A stretch of 64,000 nt of DNA from a virus (taxonomy: Duplodnaviria; Heunggongvirae; Uroviricota; Caudoviricetes; Herelleviridae), in the IMG/VR virus record IMGVR_UViG_2974632988_000001, positions 59,923 to 123,922 of that record, one strand, 5' to 3'. A program made the position numbers and the translations under genes. Shown here piece after piece: positions 7,869 to 16,521 of the stretch. Each line of letters starts with the position of its first letter. Within the stretch, counting starts at the first letter, position 1. The notes under the pieces were generated by a model. It worked only from the letters and a program-made list of their open reading frames with translations, did no database searches and was not told the origin of the DNA.

Positions 7869-8812
7869 TTTAATCCCTCCTTAGTCTTTGTTCCCCAAGT
7901 TTTATTTACGTATGCCATCAAGAAGTAAGTCCAAGCCATTGTTATCTCTTCTTTCCCGGTGAATAGTTTAACCTGCTCTACCGTTTTAAAGTTCTTTTCT
8001 TCTAGCAGCTCCCAACCAACACTACGAGCTTGCTCTTTCTTCTGTTCTAAAGTAGTAGCGTATTTATCTCCCCTAACTACTGTGAAGTCTATCAGCTCCT
8101 CTTCAAATAGATAAGGAACTACTTCTCTTAATTTCCCAACTATTTCGTCTTTTCCTTTTATAGTGTAAGGAATAACAATTAGTTGTAGCTGGTTATCTTG
8201 ACAATACTTTCTCTTCAATTTGTCATTCTGTTGTGTATGTAAACATGACTCTTCTCCAAAGAAATCTACTATCTCGTAATGTTGTCTACCATTATATTCG
8301 ATAAGAGCTACAATCTCTTTGTTCTCATTAAATATAGCGAAGTCGAAGATTCCTTTCTTATCCTCTCCTAGTGATATGCAATACTGATAATCGTATGTAT
8401 AATTGCTTAGTAAGTTTTCTTTTATAAAGGAAAGTATAATAGCTTCCCCTTTAGATTTAGAGTAACTAGCGCGCTCCCGCTTACCTTGAAGGAAGTCTTG
8501 GTATAACATAGAAAATTCTATACCTGTCTCCTTGCTCTTAAGCTTAATCTTGTCTCTTACTGTGAAGTTCTCTGTCTGGTCAACTAACTCGTAACCTTCT
8601 ATATCTATTTGAGTTGTTTTCCCTCTGAGCGTTGTTTTCTTTGGGACTGTACCTTCCGTAAATCTCTTCCAATTACACATGAACTCTACGCCATCAGATA
8701 GTCGTTCTACGTAAACTGTTTGATTAAGTTTAGGGTTTTCATGCGCCAGTAGCTTATAACCCCTACTCAGCGCATATTCCTGTTTATCTGTTAAAGTAGT
8801 TTTATTCTGCAT
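7865..8812 (-). CDS. putative homing endonuclease-like protein (Vsr/DUF559-like PD-(D/E)XK C-terminal domain)
   Basis: C-terminal FDFAIFNENKEIVALIEYNGRQHYE...KLKRKYCQDNQLQLIVIPY resembles restriction-endonuclease-like fold. Confidence 0.5.
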   Translation of the reverse strand: MQNKTTLTDKQEYALSRGYKLLAHENPKLNQTVYVERLSDGVEFMCNWKRFTEGTVPKKTTLRGKTTQIDIEGYELVDQTENFTVRDKIKLKSKETGIEFSMLYQDFLQGKRERASYSKSKGEAIILSFIKENLLSNYTYDYQYCISLGEDKKGIFDFAIFNENKEIVALIEYNGRQHYEIVDFFGEESCLHTQQNDKLKRKYCQDNQLQLIVIPYTIKGKDEIVGKLREVVPYLFEEELIDFTVVRGDKYATTLEQKKEQARSVGWELLEEKNFKTVEQVKLFTGKEEITMAWTYFLMAYVNKTWGTKTKEGLN

Positions 8813-8821
8813 TTCTACCTC

Positions 8822-9517
8822 CTACAAACCAAAGCTCTGCATAGCTTCCTTAGTCTTTCTATCCATCTCAGTTAAATCTAAGTTATCATAGAACTCTTGC
8901 TCTGCTGCTGCTAAGTCTTCAAATAGTTGTTCGTGTTGTTCTACAGGTACATACTTCATGACTACTTCTGTAAGAGCAGATTCCTTACAACGCACTTTGA
9001 TTGCCATTTCTTTTAATGCTGATACACTCAACCCGCCTAACGCGTTATTGGTAATCTTCGCTTTAATTTCCATCGCTTTCATTGCTAAAGGGATATCCAC
9101 GATATCGAATGAAGCTAACCCTTTAAATCCTTTATGGATAACTTCATCAAGGAACTCAATATCGTTAAATACCTTTTCTACTTTATCGATTGCTCCTATT
9201 GGATTGTAGCTTTCTTTCTCCTGTTCGTTAAACATTTCTACACGTTTCTCAGATATGTACGTTACGTTATCTTTAGAACGCTTATCTAAGAGCTGGAGCA
9301 ACGGTACGCCTGTCTCGATAGATTCTTCTCTTTTCTTTTTATAGTTCGTCAGAGAGGCTTTAGAGATGCTTAAACCTTGTTCCTTACAGAACTCTATAAT
9401 ATAGTCGTATGTTTTCCCTTCATCTAACATGTTGTCTACTTTTGTGCAGAGCTTTTTATCCTTATACAATTGAACTAATACACTACCAGAGTTTAAAGTT
9501 TTTTTATCTTTTGACAT
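8822..9517 (-). CDS. hypothetical protein with N-terminal HTH-like segment
   Basis: 231 aa; YDYIIEFCKEQGLSISKASLTNYKKK; AAGGTGG RBS; long structured leader. Confidence 0.6.
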   Translation of the reverse strand: MSKDKKTLNSGSVLVQLYKDKKLCTKVDNMLDEGKTYDYIIEFCKEQGLSISKASLTNYKKKREESIETGVPLLQLLDKRSKDNVTYISEKRVEMFNEQEKESYNPIGAIDKVEKVFNDIEFLDEVIHKGFKGLASFDIVDIPLAMKAMEIKAKITNNALGGLSVSALKEMAIKVRCKESALTEVVMKYVPVEQHEQLFEDLAAAEQEFYDNLDLTEMDRKTKEAMQSFGL

Positions 9518-9683
9518 GAATTTTCCACCTTTTCATCGTTTTATTTTCTAACCCTTTTGAATATTGCTATATATTAAACGAGGTAGTTACCTCCTAAGAA
9601 TGCGATTATCATAGGCTTTTTTGCACTCTATCTATAATATAATAAATCTATTAGCAATTTCCTAAATTAAACGAAAAAGTGAA

Positions 9684-9704
9684 AAAACTCCACTAAGTAG
9701 TGTT
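9684..9704 (-). terminator. terminator-like element copy 2 (CACTACTTAGTGGAGTTTTTT)
   Basis: Near-identical to the element at 9788-9814. Confidence 0.4.
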
Positions 9705-9770
9705 ACTTTTTATTTTACAGAATATTTAGTATCTTGTACAGAAACATTTTGTTTACGATTAGTCAACAAA

Positions 9771-9776
9771 ATCCCG
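9771..9776 (-). promoter_or_regulatory. TTGACT -35-like box with weak -10, within structured intergenic region
   Basis: rc of agtcaa 9771-9776; same extended TTGTTGACT context as other early promoters. Confidence 0.3.
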
Positions 9777-9787
9777 TTTAGCGAAAA

Positions 9788-9814
9788 CAAAAAAACCCCA
9801 CTAAATAGTGAGGC
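9788..9814 (-). terminator. rho-independent terminator (CCTCACTA/TAGTGGGG plus U7)
   Basis: Minus strand reads AAAAGCCTCACTATTTAGTGGGGTTTTTTT. Confidence 0.6.
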
Positions 9815-9937
9815 TTTTGCAATGTAAAACCTCTCACAGTTTCACATTAATTATTGCTATTCATCTCTCTTCCACCCAAAAACGAATCACCCTACTCGTT
9901 TGGATGTGCTATGTGTTGGTAGCACAAGATTATTATA

Positions 9938-10816
9938 TCAGATTTCTAAGTAAATGGAAAGCTCTATTCCTTTTCTTTTGTTAAAGAAGTTTAGTCGATG
10001 CGATTGAGATGTTACTTCCGCTTCTACTGAAAAACTTAATGTCTCTAGTAATTCCTTACGAAGCTCTAAAGTAGATACCTCTGAACGGAAGAAGTAGCCG
10101 CCACTGAATAATCTAGTTACTTGAATCATCTCAGAATGCGAACCAATGAAAGTACTGTGACCTTTATTACTATCTCTGAACCCAGCACCTTGTATCGCTT
10201 TACCTAGCAAGTTATCTTCTTCAATAAGGTCTAGTATTTTTAATCCATCTCCGTTTGTTAGCTTTTTACCAACAAAGTGAGATAGGAAACTAAACTTATC
10301 AGCAGAACCAAATAGTAGATTAACTTGCTGTTCTACAGAATCATCATCACCTAAAGGCATAACATTGTATACTCTAGCGATGACAAATGTTTGACCTGCA
10401 ATCTCTACATGCTCAAATGATACTTTAGGAGATTTCATGTTTAGAATTAAATCTGCCGTGAATAAGCTTAACCCTTCTGACACACGCTCTTCTAGATGTG
10501 GTTTATCTAGTACGTCTCCTTCTGTAATGTATCCCGGAATATCTCCAGCTTCGTTCATTACTAGCCACTCTAATGTATTCTCTAGCTCTACAAAGGAATT
10601 GTAATCAACTCTCATAAAGAATCCAATGCGAAGTTCATCTTCTTCTAGTAACACTTCATCCTTCAAGATATGAGAGCGTACTAAATGTGGTTTAGAAAAG
10701 AAGTCATTGAAATATGAAATACCGTGTACCTTCTTTGTCTTGTCTTCTAGTAATTCTTTTAATCGTACTAATCCTTCATTTACGGTTGTTTTTGTTGTAT
10801 GATTTTCGTTTGTCAT
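9938..10816 (-). CDS. hypothetical protein
   Basis: ORF; ATG at 10816 with AAAGGTG RBS preferred over GTG at 10828. Confidence 0.6.
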   Translation of the reverse strand: MTNENHTTKTTVNEGLVRLKELLEDKTKKVHGISYFNDFFSKPHLVRSHILKDEVLLEEDELRIGFFMRVDYNSFVELENTLEWLVMNEAGDIPGYITEGDVLDKPHLEERVSEGLSLFTADLILNMKSPKVSFEHVEIAGQTFVIARVYNVMPLGDDDSVEQQVNLLFGSADKFSFLSHFVGKKLTNGDGLKILDLIEEDNLLGKAIQGAGFRDSNKGHSTFIGSHSEMIQVTRLFSGGYFFRSEVSTLELRKELLETLSFSVEAEVTSQSHRLNFFNKRKGIELSIYLEI

Positions 10817-11291
10817 GTGCTTGCACACCTTTCGATTTCTTTTTCACATTCGTTTTACTGAATGCCCCTTTACCTTCTTGCGCCATTACTTGTTTCTCTT
10901 GATACACAAATAGTAGGCTTGTAGATTTCCATGTACGCTGGGTACGAATAGACATCTTACCTAGAATACTTGTACCGACTTTAACGTAGTATACTTCATC
11001 AAGACTGGTTAGTGTAGTTACCTTCTTACTACGCTTTGTTTCTAGCTTAATCAGCTCTCTGGTGACTCCTAGATGCTTAGAAAGTAAGTCTTTGGCATAT
11101 TCTAACTTTAAAGCAACTTCACGCTCTGTCAGGTTGTCATAAGGCTCTACAAAAGAGGGCTTGTACTTACCCTCTTTCTTCTTTAGAGCATTATTATAGG
11201 CTTCTGCGCCGTTGTCATTTAGTCCTGTATTAAACGTTCTAGCGTTAACACCACGCGCTATACTTCTACGAGCGCTATTCTCCTTTCTCAC
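10776..11291 (-). CDS. basic (K/R-rich) hypothetical protein
   Basis: 171 aa, lysine-rich ends. Confidence 0.5.
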   Translation of the reverse strand: MRKENSARRSIARGVNARTFNTGLNDNGAEAYNNALKKKEGKYKPSFVEPYDNLTEREVALKLEYAKDLLSKHLGVTRELIKLETKRSKKVTTLTSLDEVYYVKVGTSILGKMSIRTQRTWKSTSLLFVYQEKQVMAQEGKGAFSKTNVKKKSKGVQAHDKRKSYNKNNRK

Positions 11292-11958
11292 TTAGATGTC
11301 CCTCTACTACATTAGGTATAATGTTTGTATACACAACTTTAGTTTCTCCGTAGATGGTTTCGATACTAGCTAATTTAAAAGGCTCCATGAAGTCAACCAT
11401 ATTTATTACGTAGTCAAACATCAAATCGTAGTAGCAATCTCCGTTAATCCACTCTGCACGGACACCAGAAGGGAAGTCTAAGGTAAGTTCTTCTTTAAAT
11501 TTACCTTTTACCATGTAAGATGGCATCAGAGCGCTACTTTGGTCTATTGTACTTTCGTGTGAGAATTTAGCATCTATGTCCTTATGCGGTAGTCTATCTC
11601 TTTTTACAAGGAAGTTAACAGCATCGTATTTACTGTATGCTACTATGTACTCACCGCCGATACAAAATACCCGAGGCGCTGGACGGGATAAAACAGGAGA
11701 TTTAGTTAATCCTTCAAACTCTACAGCAGTTTTAGTTAATAGAATACTATCATCTGTAATCTTCTGTTCTGCTGCTGCAATTCTATCTAATAAATCCATA
11801 GATACTACTTCTTGATGAACTTTCTTTAGTTGTAATGAACCTTTACTCGGTCTGCTCTCTACACAGTAATTAAGCTCTCCCAACGCTACTAATACTTCTA
11901 ACGTCTCATTAATGTCTGCATCATTATTATAGTCATATGTAATCGTAATACTTGTCAT
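11275..11958 (-). CDS. hypothetical protein
   Basis: 227 aa ORF. Confidence 0.6.
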   Translation of the reverse strand: MTSITITYDYNNDADINETLEVLVALGELNYCVESRPSKGSLQLKKVHQEVVSMDLLDRIAAAEQKITDDSILLTKTAVEFEGLTKSPVLSRPAPRVFCIGGEYIVAYSKYDAVNFLVKRDRLPHKDIDAKFSHESTIDQSSALMPSYMVKGKFKEELTLDFPSGVRAEWINGDCYYDLMFDYVINMVDFMEPFKLASIETIYGETKVVYTNIIPNVVEGHLSEKGE

Positions 11959-11976
11959 TGTTTCTCCTCCTCCTAT

Positions 11977-12288
11977 TTACATCGCTTCCGTACTAGCGAT
12001 AAGATACGGTTCGTTTGTACCCATTTGAAGAATAACCCACCAGAAAGGTACACGATAATACTCTTCACCATACCAAAACTCTTTAGTGAAATTGTACATC
12101 TTTTCATCTAACTCTGGTACATCTTCTTCATGGAATAACATTGTGTCTGTTAAAGGTACTTCACCAAAGTAGTCCTCTTCCATATCTTCTCTGCTAATTC
12201 CTACATCTTCAATATAGAATCGTTTCGCTTGTCTTTCTGTAGGAGCGCAAACCCAATCGTAGTCATTCATTTTGAATACACCTAACAT
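11977..12288 (-). CDS. hypothetical protein
   Basis: 103 aa ORF. Confidence 0.55.
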   Translation of the reverse strand: MLGVFKMNDYDWVCAPTERQAKRFYIEDVGISREDMEEDYFGEVPLTDTMLFHEEDVPELDEKMYNFTKEFWYGEEYYRVPFWWVILQMGTNEPYLIASTEAM

Positions 12289-12438
12289 TTTGGTTCTACC
12301 TCCTTCGCTGATTTATCTCGCTCTGACAGGCGTTCCCACTCTGTAATAGATGTTACAACCTCATGAAAGTCTAAATCCGTGTTCTCCGCTACTTCCTTTA
12401 ATCGTAATAACGTTTCTAACTTTTCTGATATTGCCATT
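12285..12438 (-). CDS. hypothetical micro-protein (about 50 aa), not in ORF track
   Basis: AGGAGGAATTATA-ATG; reads MAISEKLETLLRLKEVAENTDLDFHEV... Confidence 0.35.
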
Positions 12439-12456
12439 ATAATTCCTCCTTAGTTT

Positions 12457-13218
12457 TTAATCGTTTATATCTACTTCATAGTTCATAAGTGCTACAAACA
12501 ATCTAGCAGGTATTTTGTACTTGTACTCTAAAGCTACTTTTTGTATGTACTCTTCTTTAGCTGCTTTGTATGCTTGGAAAGCCTCTTCGGGGGTAGCATA
12601 ACCTCCTAAACCTCTACGCTTTTTTTCTATAGTTATGTACGCATAAAATCTACTACCATCTGTATTTACCCCTATTGGTAATTCGTTGTTCTTTTTACGC
12701 TGCTTTATTAGCAAACTATTAACCCTTTGAGGCACAAAAATACATGTGTCATTTGAATATATTTTATTACCTTTAACTAAAATATCTTTGTCTAGCTCCA
12801 TACGTTCGCCGTCAACTTCATAGAAGTTATTATAGTAGAATTTAGCAAAGTTCTGATAGTTATGCCAATCTTTGTCTACTGTACAACCTTCATAAGCTTT
12901 ATTATCCTTGTATCGGCTCCCGTAACACCTCTCTAGCATGTTACGCCATAAAACATAAACATGTAGTCGCTCATTATTTTCATCAACGGTTGAATAGCGA
13001 CCTTCTCCTATGAATCCGACACCCCAAGCGGTTTTAACATTCTTATTTTTAACCTCTCCAATACTAAAAGCTTTCCATGATGTGTGAACTTCTAAGCCAT
13101 CATGGAACCTAACAGTTATACTGTTAGCATTATTGTAGCTAATGCAAGTCGCTACTAAGCCATTCTTCATTTTTAGTTCAGTACCTACTCTATCGGTGAT
13201 TCTTTTCTCCTTACCCAT
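12457..13218 (-). CDS. putative homing endonuclease-like protein with C-terminal AP2-type DNA-binding domain
   Basis: C-terminal RFYAYITIEKKRRGLGGYATPEEAFQAYKAAKEEY matches AP2 fold; central VLWRNMLERCYG...YEGCTVDKDWHNYQNFAKFY. Confidence 0.5.
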   Translation of the reverse strand: MGKEKRITDRVGTELKMKNGLVATCISYNNANSITVRFHDGLEVHTSWKAFSIGEVKNKNVKTAWGVGFIGEGRYSTVDENNERLHVYVLWRNMLERCYGSRYKDNKAYEGCTVDKDWHNYQNFAKFYYNNFYEVDGERMELDKDILVKGNKIYSNDTCIFVPQRVNSLLIKQRKKNNELPIGVNTDGSRFYAYITIEKKRRGLGGYATPEEAFQAYKAAKEEYIQKVALEYKYKIPARLFVALMNYEVDIND

Positions 13219-13219
13219 C

Positions 13220-13942
13220 TTATGCCTCCTCTCTCCTAAAATGATAATATCTTAGGTTTTTTTCTATATGAAGCCGTTGGTTAATATATATGTTACATAA
13301 AAGATTATTAGCTTTACTATCACCTAACCTGTTAATAATCATTTTAATCATATCACCTTTTCGTAGCCTCTTACTAGCCATTGATTGGACATATAACCCG
13401 TTCATACCTTTTTCATTCCTGCTATCTGCTGTAGATACTCTGTAGTTAAACTCGCCTAATGTGGATACTTGTCGCTTCATAGCTCCTAGTAGTTGTACTA
13501 TTTCTTCCTTCCATAGTAATGAGTTATACATAACGTACACACTCTTCTTAGGAGACGCACAACACTTTTTATATACACCTACAACTGGTTCTCCTTTAAA
13601 TTCTGTATATGATATAATCCCGACATGCTCATGTCCATTTCTTTCTAATATTTCCTCTGTCTTATCTACATGTTTATCGTGAACTAGCACATAAACTTTG
13701 TCACAAATTTTACTGTAACTACTTAGTTGCTTATTTAGGCGTTTCACCGAATCTCTCTCTGTCTTAATCTCTATACCTATTAACTCATTTTCGGTAAATA
13801 TTAAACAATCCGCTATACATGACCCTATATCTATCGCTTTCTCAAACAATAGTACATGGCGGTCATCAGGGTTACCTATAAATAAATGCCTTTTATTTAA
13901 GATTAACTCCTTAATATCTTGTTCATAAAACTTTTTAGCCAT
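13220..13942 (-). CDS. PD-(D/E)XK nuclease superfamily protein
   Basis: IADCLIFTENELIGIEIKTERD gives a D...E.K catalytic signature in the N-terminal 100 aa. Confidence 0.5.
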   Translation of the reverse strand: MAKKFYEQDIKELILNKRHLFIGNPDDRHVLLFEKAIDIGSCIADCLIFTENELIGIEIKTERDSVKRLNKQLSSYSKICDKVYVLVHDKHVDKTEEILERNGHEHVGIISYTEFKGEPVVGVYKKCCASPKKSVYVMYNSLLWKEEIVQLLGAMKRQVSTLGEFNYRVSTADSRNEKGMNGLYVQSMASKRLRKGDMIKMIINRLGDSKANNLLCNIYINQRLHIEKNLRYYHFRREEA

Positions 13943-13946
13943 TTAA

Positions 13947-14351
13947 TCACTCCGCGTCTAAGTCGAATAGAGGTTTATCAAAATCTACTCGCTTATATGT
14001 AATATCCTTGTCCCATCCCTCTTTACCTTCCATCATACGTTTCCACTCGATGTGATTAGCTAGGCGACTTAATGCTTGTTTGTATCCGGTAGCTCGTACT
14101 GTTTCTGACCAGATTTTGATTGCTTTATTTCCGTCTAAACCAGAAGGTACCGGAATACCCTCGTCAGGAAAAATATGATATTCTATGTAACTTTCTTCCT
14201 TGCCGAATAACTTAGTTTTCTCTTTAACTTCTACAATGAATACATCAGACGGATAGTTACCCTCTGGTAAAAATACGTAACCTCTAAATGGGACATCCGC
14301 CCACTTTTCCTTTCGGTACACCTTCTTCTTTAAAAATCCTAGTAAATCCAT
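13947..14351 (-). CDS. hypothetical protein
   Basis: 134 aa; AAAGGGGG RBS; own promoter 14383-14411. Confidence 0.6.
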   Translation of the reverse strand: MDLLGFLKKKVYRKEKWADVPFRGYVFLPEGNYPSDVFIVEVKEKTKLFGKEESYIEYHIFPDEGIPVPSGLDGNKAIKIWSETVRATGYKQALSRLANHIEWKRMMEGKEGWDKDITYKRVDFDKPLFDLDAE

Positions 14352-14382
14352 TTCGGTTCCCCCTTTAATATCTTATATATTT

Positions 14383-14411
14383 ATAGTAAACTATCATTTC
14401 CTAAAAGTCAA
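14383..14411 (-). promoter_or_regulatory. sigma-A-type promoter TTGACT-17-TACTAT
   Basis: rc of agtcaa 14406-14411, atagta 14383-14388. Confidence 0.5.
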
Positions 14412-14416
14412 CAACT

Positions 14417-15037
14417 TTATTCTAAACTTTTGTAGTATCTTGATAGCGGATTAGAACTGTCTTCGTTGTTACCTGTAAGGTCGAAGAAGTCACTCTGCTC
14501 TTGTTGTTCTCTAATAAGAGCTTTTACGATAGATTCTACCGGGATAGATAGGTCTTCAAACCATGTAATAGAAGAAAGTCCAATGAATACGCCTGTATTT
14601 TCTCCGCGTTCCCATTTTAATTCTCCACCAATACTACGTTGTGTGTCTCTTTCTCGTTCAAAGAATCCATCTTCACGCTTACCTGTTAGAGTAGATATCC
14701 CATTCGGTACGATTGGGGCAATAAACAGAGGCGGTTCCTCTACCCATGACTCTTGCTTCTTAGATGGAATCACGCTATTTGCAAGTCTACCTAGTACTGT
14801 CTTTGTACTAAATGTGTTAATCTTAGTTGATACTTTTCTAGCTTTCTTTTTCGGTTTAATACCTTGTCCTACTGGATGTGGCGTATGTACATCGTATACA
14901 ACTGCGTATAAAGCTGTTCCCGGCTCTTTCACCAGTTCGACAATATAAAGCGGCGCTCCATTAACTGTTAAGGCACCACGCTTGTAATACGTTAAATGCT
15001 TATTCGACAGTGCGAATATATCTTGGTCATTCTTCAC
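14417..15037 (-). CDS. hypothetical protein
   Basis: 206 aa ORF. Confidence 0.6.
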   Translation of the reverse strand: MKNDQDIFALSNKHLTYYKRGALTVNGAPLYIVELVKEPGTALYAVVYDVHTPHPVGQGIKPKKKARKVSTKINTFSTKTVLGRLANSVIPSKKQESWVEEPPLFIAPIVPNGISTLTGKREDGFFERERDTQRSIGGELKWERGENTGVFIGLSSITWFEDLSIPVESIVKALIREQQEQSDFFDLTGNNEDSSNPLSRYYKSLE

Positions 15038-15362
15038 ACTTCAACTCTCCTTCCAAAAATTCATATACACTCTCTCGTACTAGTGTATCTTGCCATCCCC
15101 ATGTTATAGCTTCATTATGTATGCGTTCTGGTATTCTTCTATATATTCTGACTACCTCTGCTGCATCTGGTTTAAACCCTTTTACCTCGCATGTTGCATC
15201 ATATATTACATCTATTGCAGGGTTTGTTATGTATTGGGTTGCGTCCAGTTCATGAGACTTAGCTATAGCTGCACAATTTAACGAACAATAATCTACCTCT
15301 TTGAACATCCGTAATTCTTCTCCGCATTGTGGACACCGTTTTCTTTTAAAGAAATCAAACAT
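15027..15362 (-). CDS. zinc-ribbon protein
   Basis: CPQCGEELRMFKEVDYCSLNC; GAGGAGGG RBS; own promoter. Confidence 0.55.
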   Translation of the reverse strand: MFDFFKRKRCPQCGEELRMFKEVDYCSLNCAAIAKSHELDATQYITNPAIDVIYDATCEVKGFKPDAAEVVRIYRRIPERIHNEAITWGWQDTLVRESVYEFLEGELKCEE

Positions 15363-15390
15363 AAAATCCCTCCTCTCATAGTATAATGTA

Positions 15391-15419
15391 ATACTAGCAT
15401 TCTATTTACTGCTTGTCAA
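15391..15419 (-). promoter_or_regulatory. sigma-A-type promoter TTGACA-17-TAGTAT
   Basis: rc of tgtcaa 15414-15419, atacta 15391-15396. Confidence 0.5.
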
Positions 15420-15422
15420 CAA

Positions 15423-15450
15423 GAAAAAGAAGAGGTTATTTCCCCTCTTC
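15423..15450 (-). terminator. rho-independent terminator (GAAGAGG/CCTCTTC plus U-run)
   Basis: Inverted repeat 15429-15435/15444-15450, A-run 15423-15428. Confidence 0.6.
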
Positions 15451-15825
15451 TCCAATTTCCTCTAGTAATTCTTGTTTCACTTTCTTCGTACCTAGTTTAA
15501 CGATAACAGACCAGTAACCCCACACAACTAGATAAGCAGCTATATTACGCATCACATAAATACCGATGAATAATACTAGCGCCCACAAGTTAGCGGGTAA
15601 ATCCCATCTATCGTTCAATAGCATTACTAGAAGTGTAGAGGTTCCTAGTTCAACTGCAAACCCTACAGCGATGCAACCTACTGTTTGACCAGTTAGCGGT
15701 GTTTCTCCCTTCGCTTTAATCGCCTTAACCTCTTGGATTAAACCAAGAATGTTTTCGGTGTATTTGATTACAATACTAGCTCCTAGACAAGCTAGAAGTA
15801 CTAGATAGGTAGTTGATAATGTCAC
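15436..15825 (-). CDS. integral membrane protein (about 4 TM)
   Basis: Hydrophobic segments throughout; followed by terminator 15423-15450. Confidence 0.6.
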   Translation of the reverse strand: MTLSTTYLVLLACLGASIVIKYTENILGLIQEVKAIKAKGETPLTGQTVGCIAVGFAVELGTSTLLVMLLNDRWDLPANLWALVLFIGIYVMRNIAAYLVVWGYWSVIVKLGTKKVKQELLEEIGEEGK

Positions 15826-16211
15826 TCCATGTCCTCCTTTATACGTTCACGAACAGCTTTTCGAATCTCCTCAGTGTTAAAAATGTGTACTGGTGAATCT
15901 CGCAACTCCTCGTGGCAGCCGTAGTGCATGTCAACGTCTTCCGCATCAATTAAATCGTAAGGTCTTGTTTCTACAGAAGTAGTTACTATTTTAGCTCCGT
16001 ACCCTCCTGCTATCTTTACTGCTGTTGCTACTTCTTCATCTGTAGGATATTTCTTCAACGGAATAACTAGCGTAGAAGTGCCACCTAATTGAATAACTAG
16101 CTCGTGAGTAACATTAAGTGTTTTATACCATTTCGCTAATACGGGTGCCTCTCCTCTTAACTCTTCTAAAGTCTTTGGCATGATGCTACCTATTTGTACT
16201 TGTTTTCCCAT
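15822..16211 (-). CDS. hypothetical protein
   Basis: 129 aa ORF, overlaps neighbours by 4 nt. Confidence 0.55.
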   Translation of the reverse strand: MGKQVQIGSIMPKTLEELRGEAPVLAKWYKTLNVTHELVIQLGGTSTLVIPLKKYPTDEEVATAVKIAGGYGAKIVTTSVETRPYDLIDAEDVDMHYGCHEELRDSPVHIFNTEEIRKAVRERIKEDME

Positions 16212-16212
16212 T

Positions 16213-16521
16213 TTAAAGTCCTCCTCTTTCTGTGTCTACCATCAATCCGACATGCTTCCAATCATTACTATTAAAGTACATCGTATGCGGCTCTTTACCT
16301 TGATACTCTGTAGTTACAGACGTAACCTCTGTCAATGTAGCTTTGTAAGCTTCGGATAGTTTTATTAGACTTTTGATTAAATCATTGCTTGGTTTCTCTC
16401 CGCACGGGATATCTTTCACACCTTTAGCTGTGTTTAGTGTCAGTATGTAAGATGTTTTTTTACTTTCCCCTTTAACAGAACCTATCTCTCTTATTGAAAT
16501 TCCATCTTTTAATATATCCAT
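16213..16521 (-). CDS. hypothetical protein
   Basis: 102 aa ORF. Confidence 0.55.
   Translation of the reverse strand: MDILKDGISIREIGSVKGESKKTSYILTLNTAKGVKDIPCGEKPSNDLIKSLIKLSEAYKATLTEVTSVTTEYQGKEPHTMYFNSNDWKHVGLMVDTERGGL

Noticed and set aside
9518-9937. tRNA gene in the long intergenic region (SPO1-like phages often carry tRNAs)
   Set aside because: No T-loop (GGTTCGAATCC-like) or cloverleaf-compatible arrangement was found by eye here or in other gaps. The hairpins are better explained as terminators or leader structure. A tRNAscan run would settle this.
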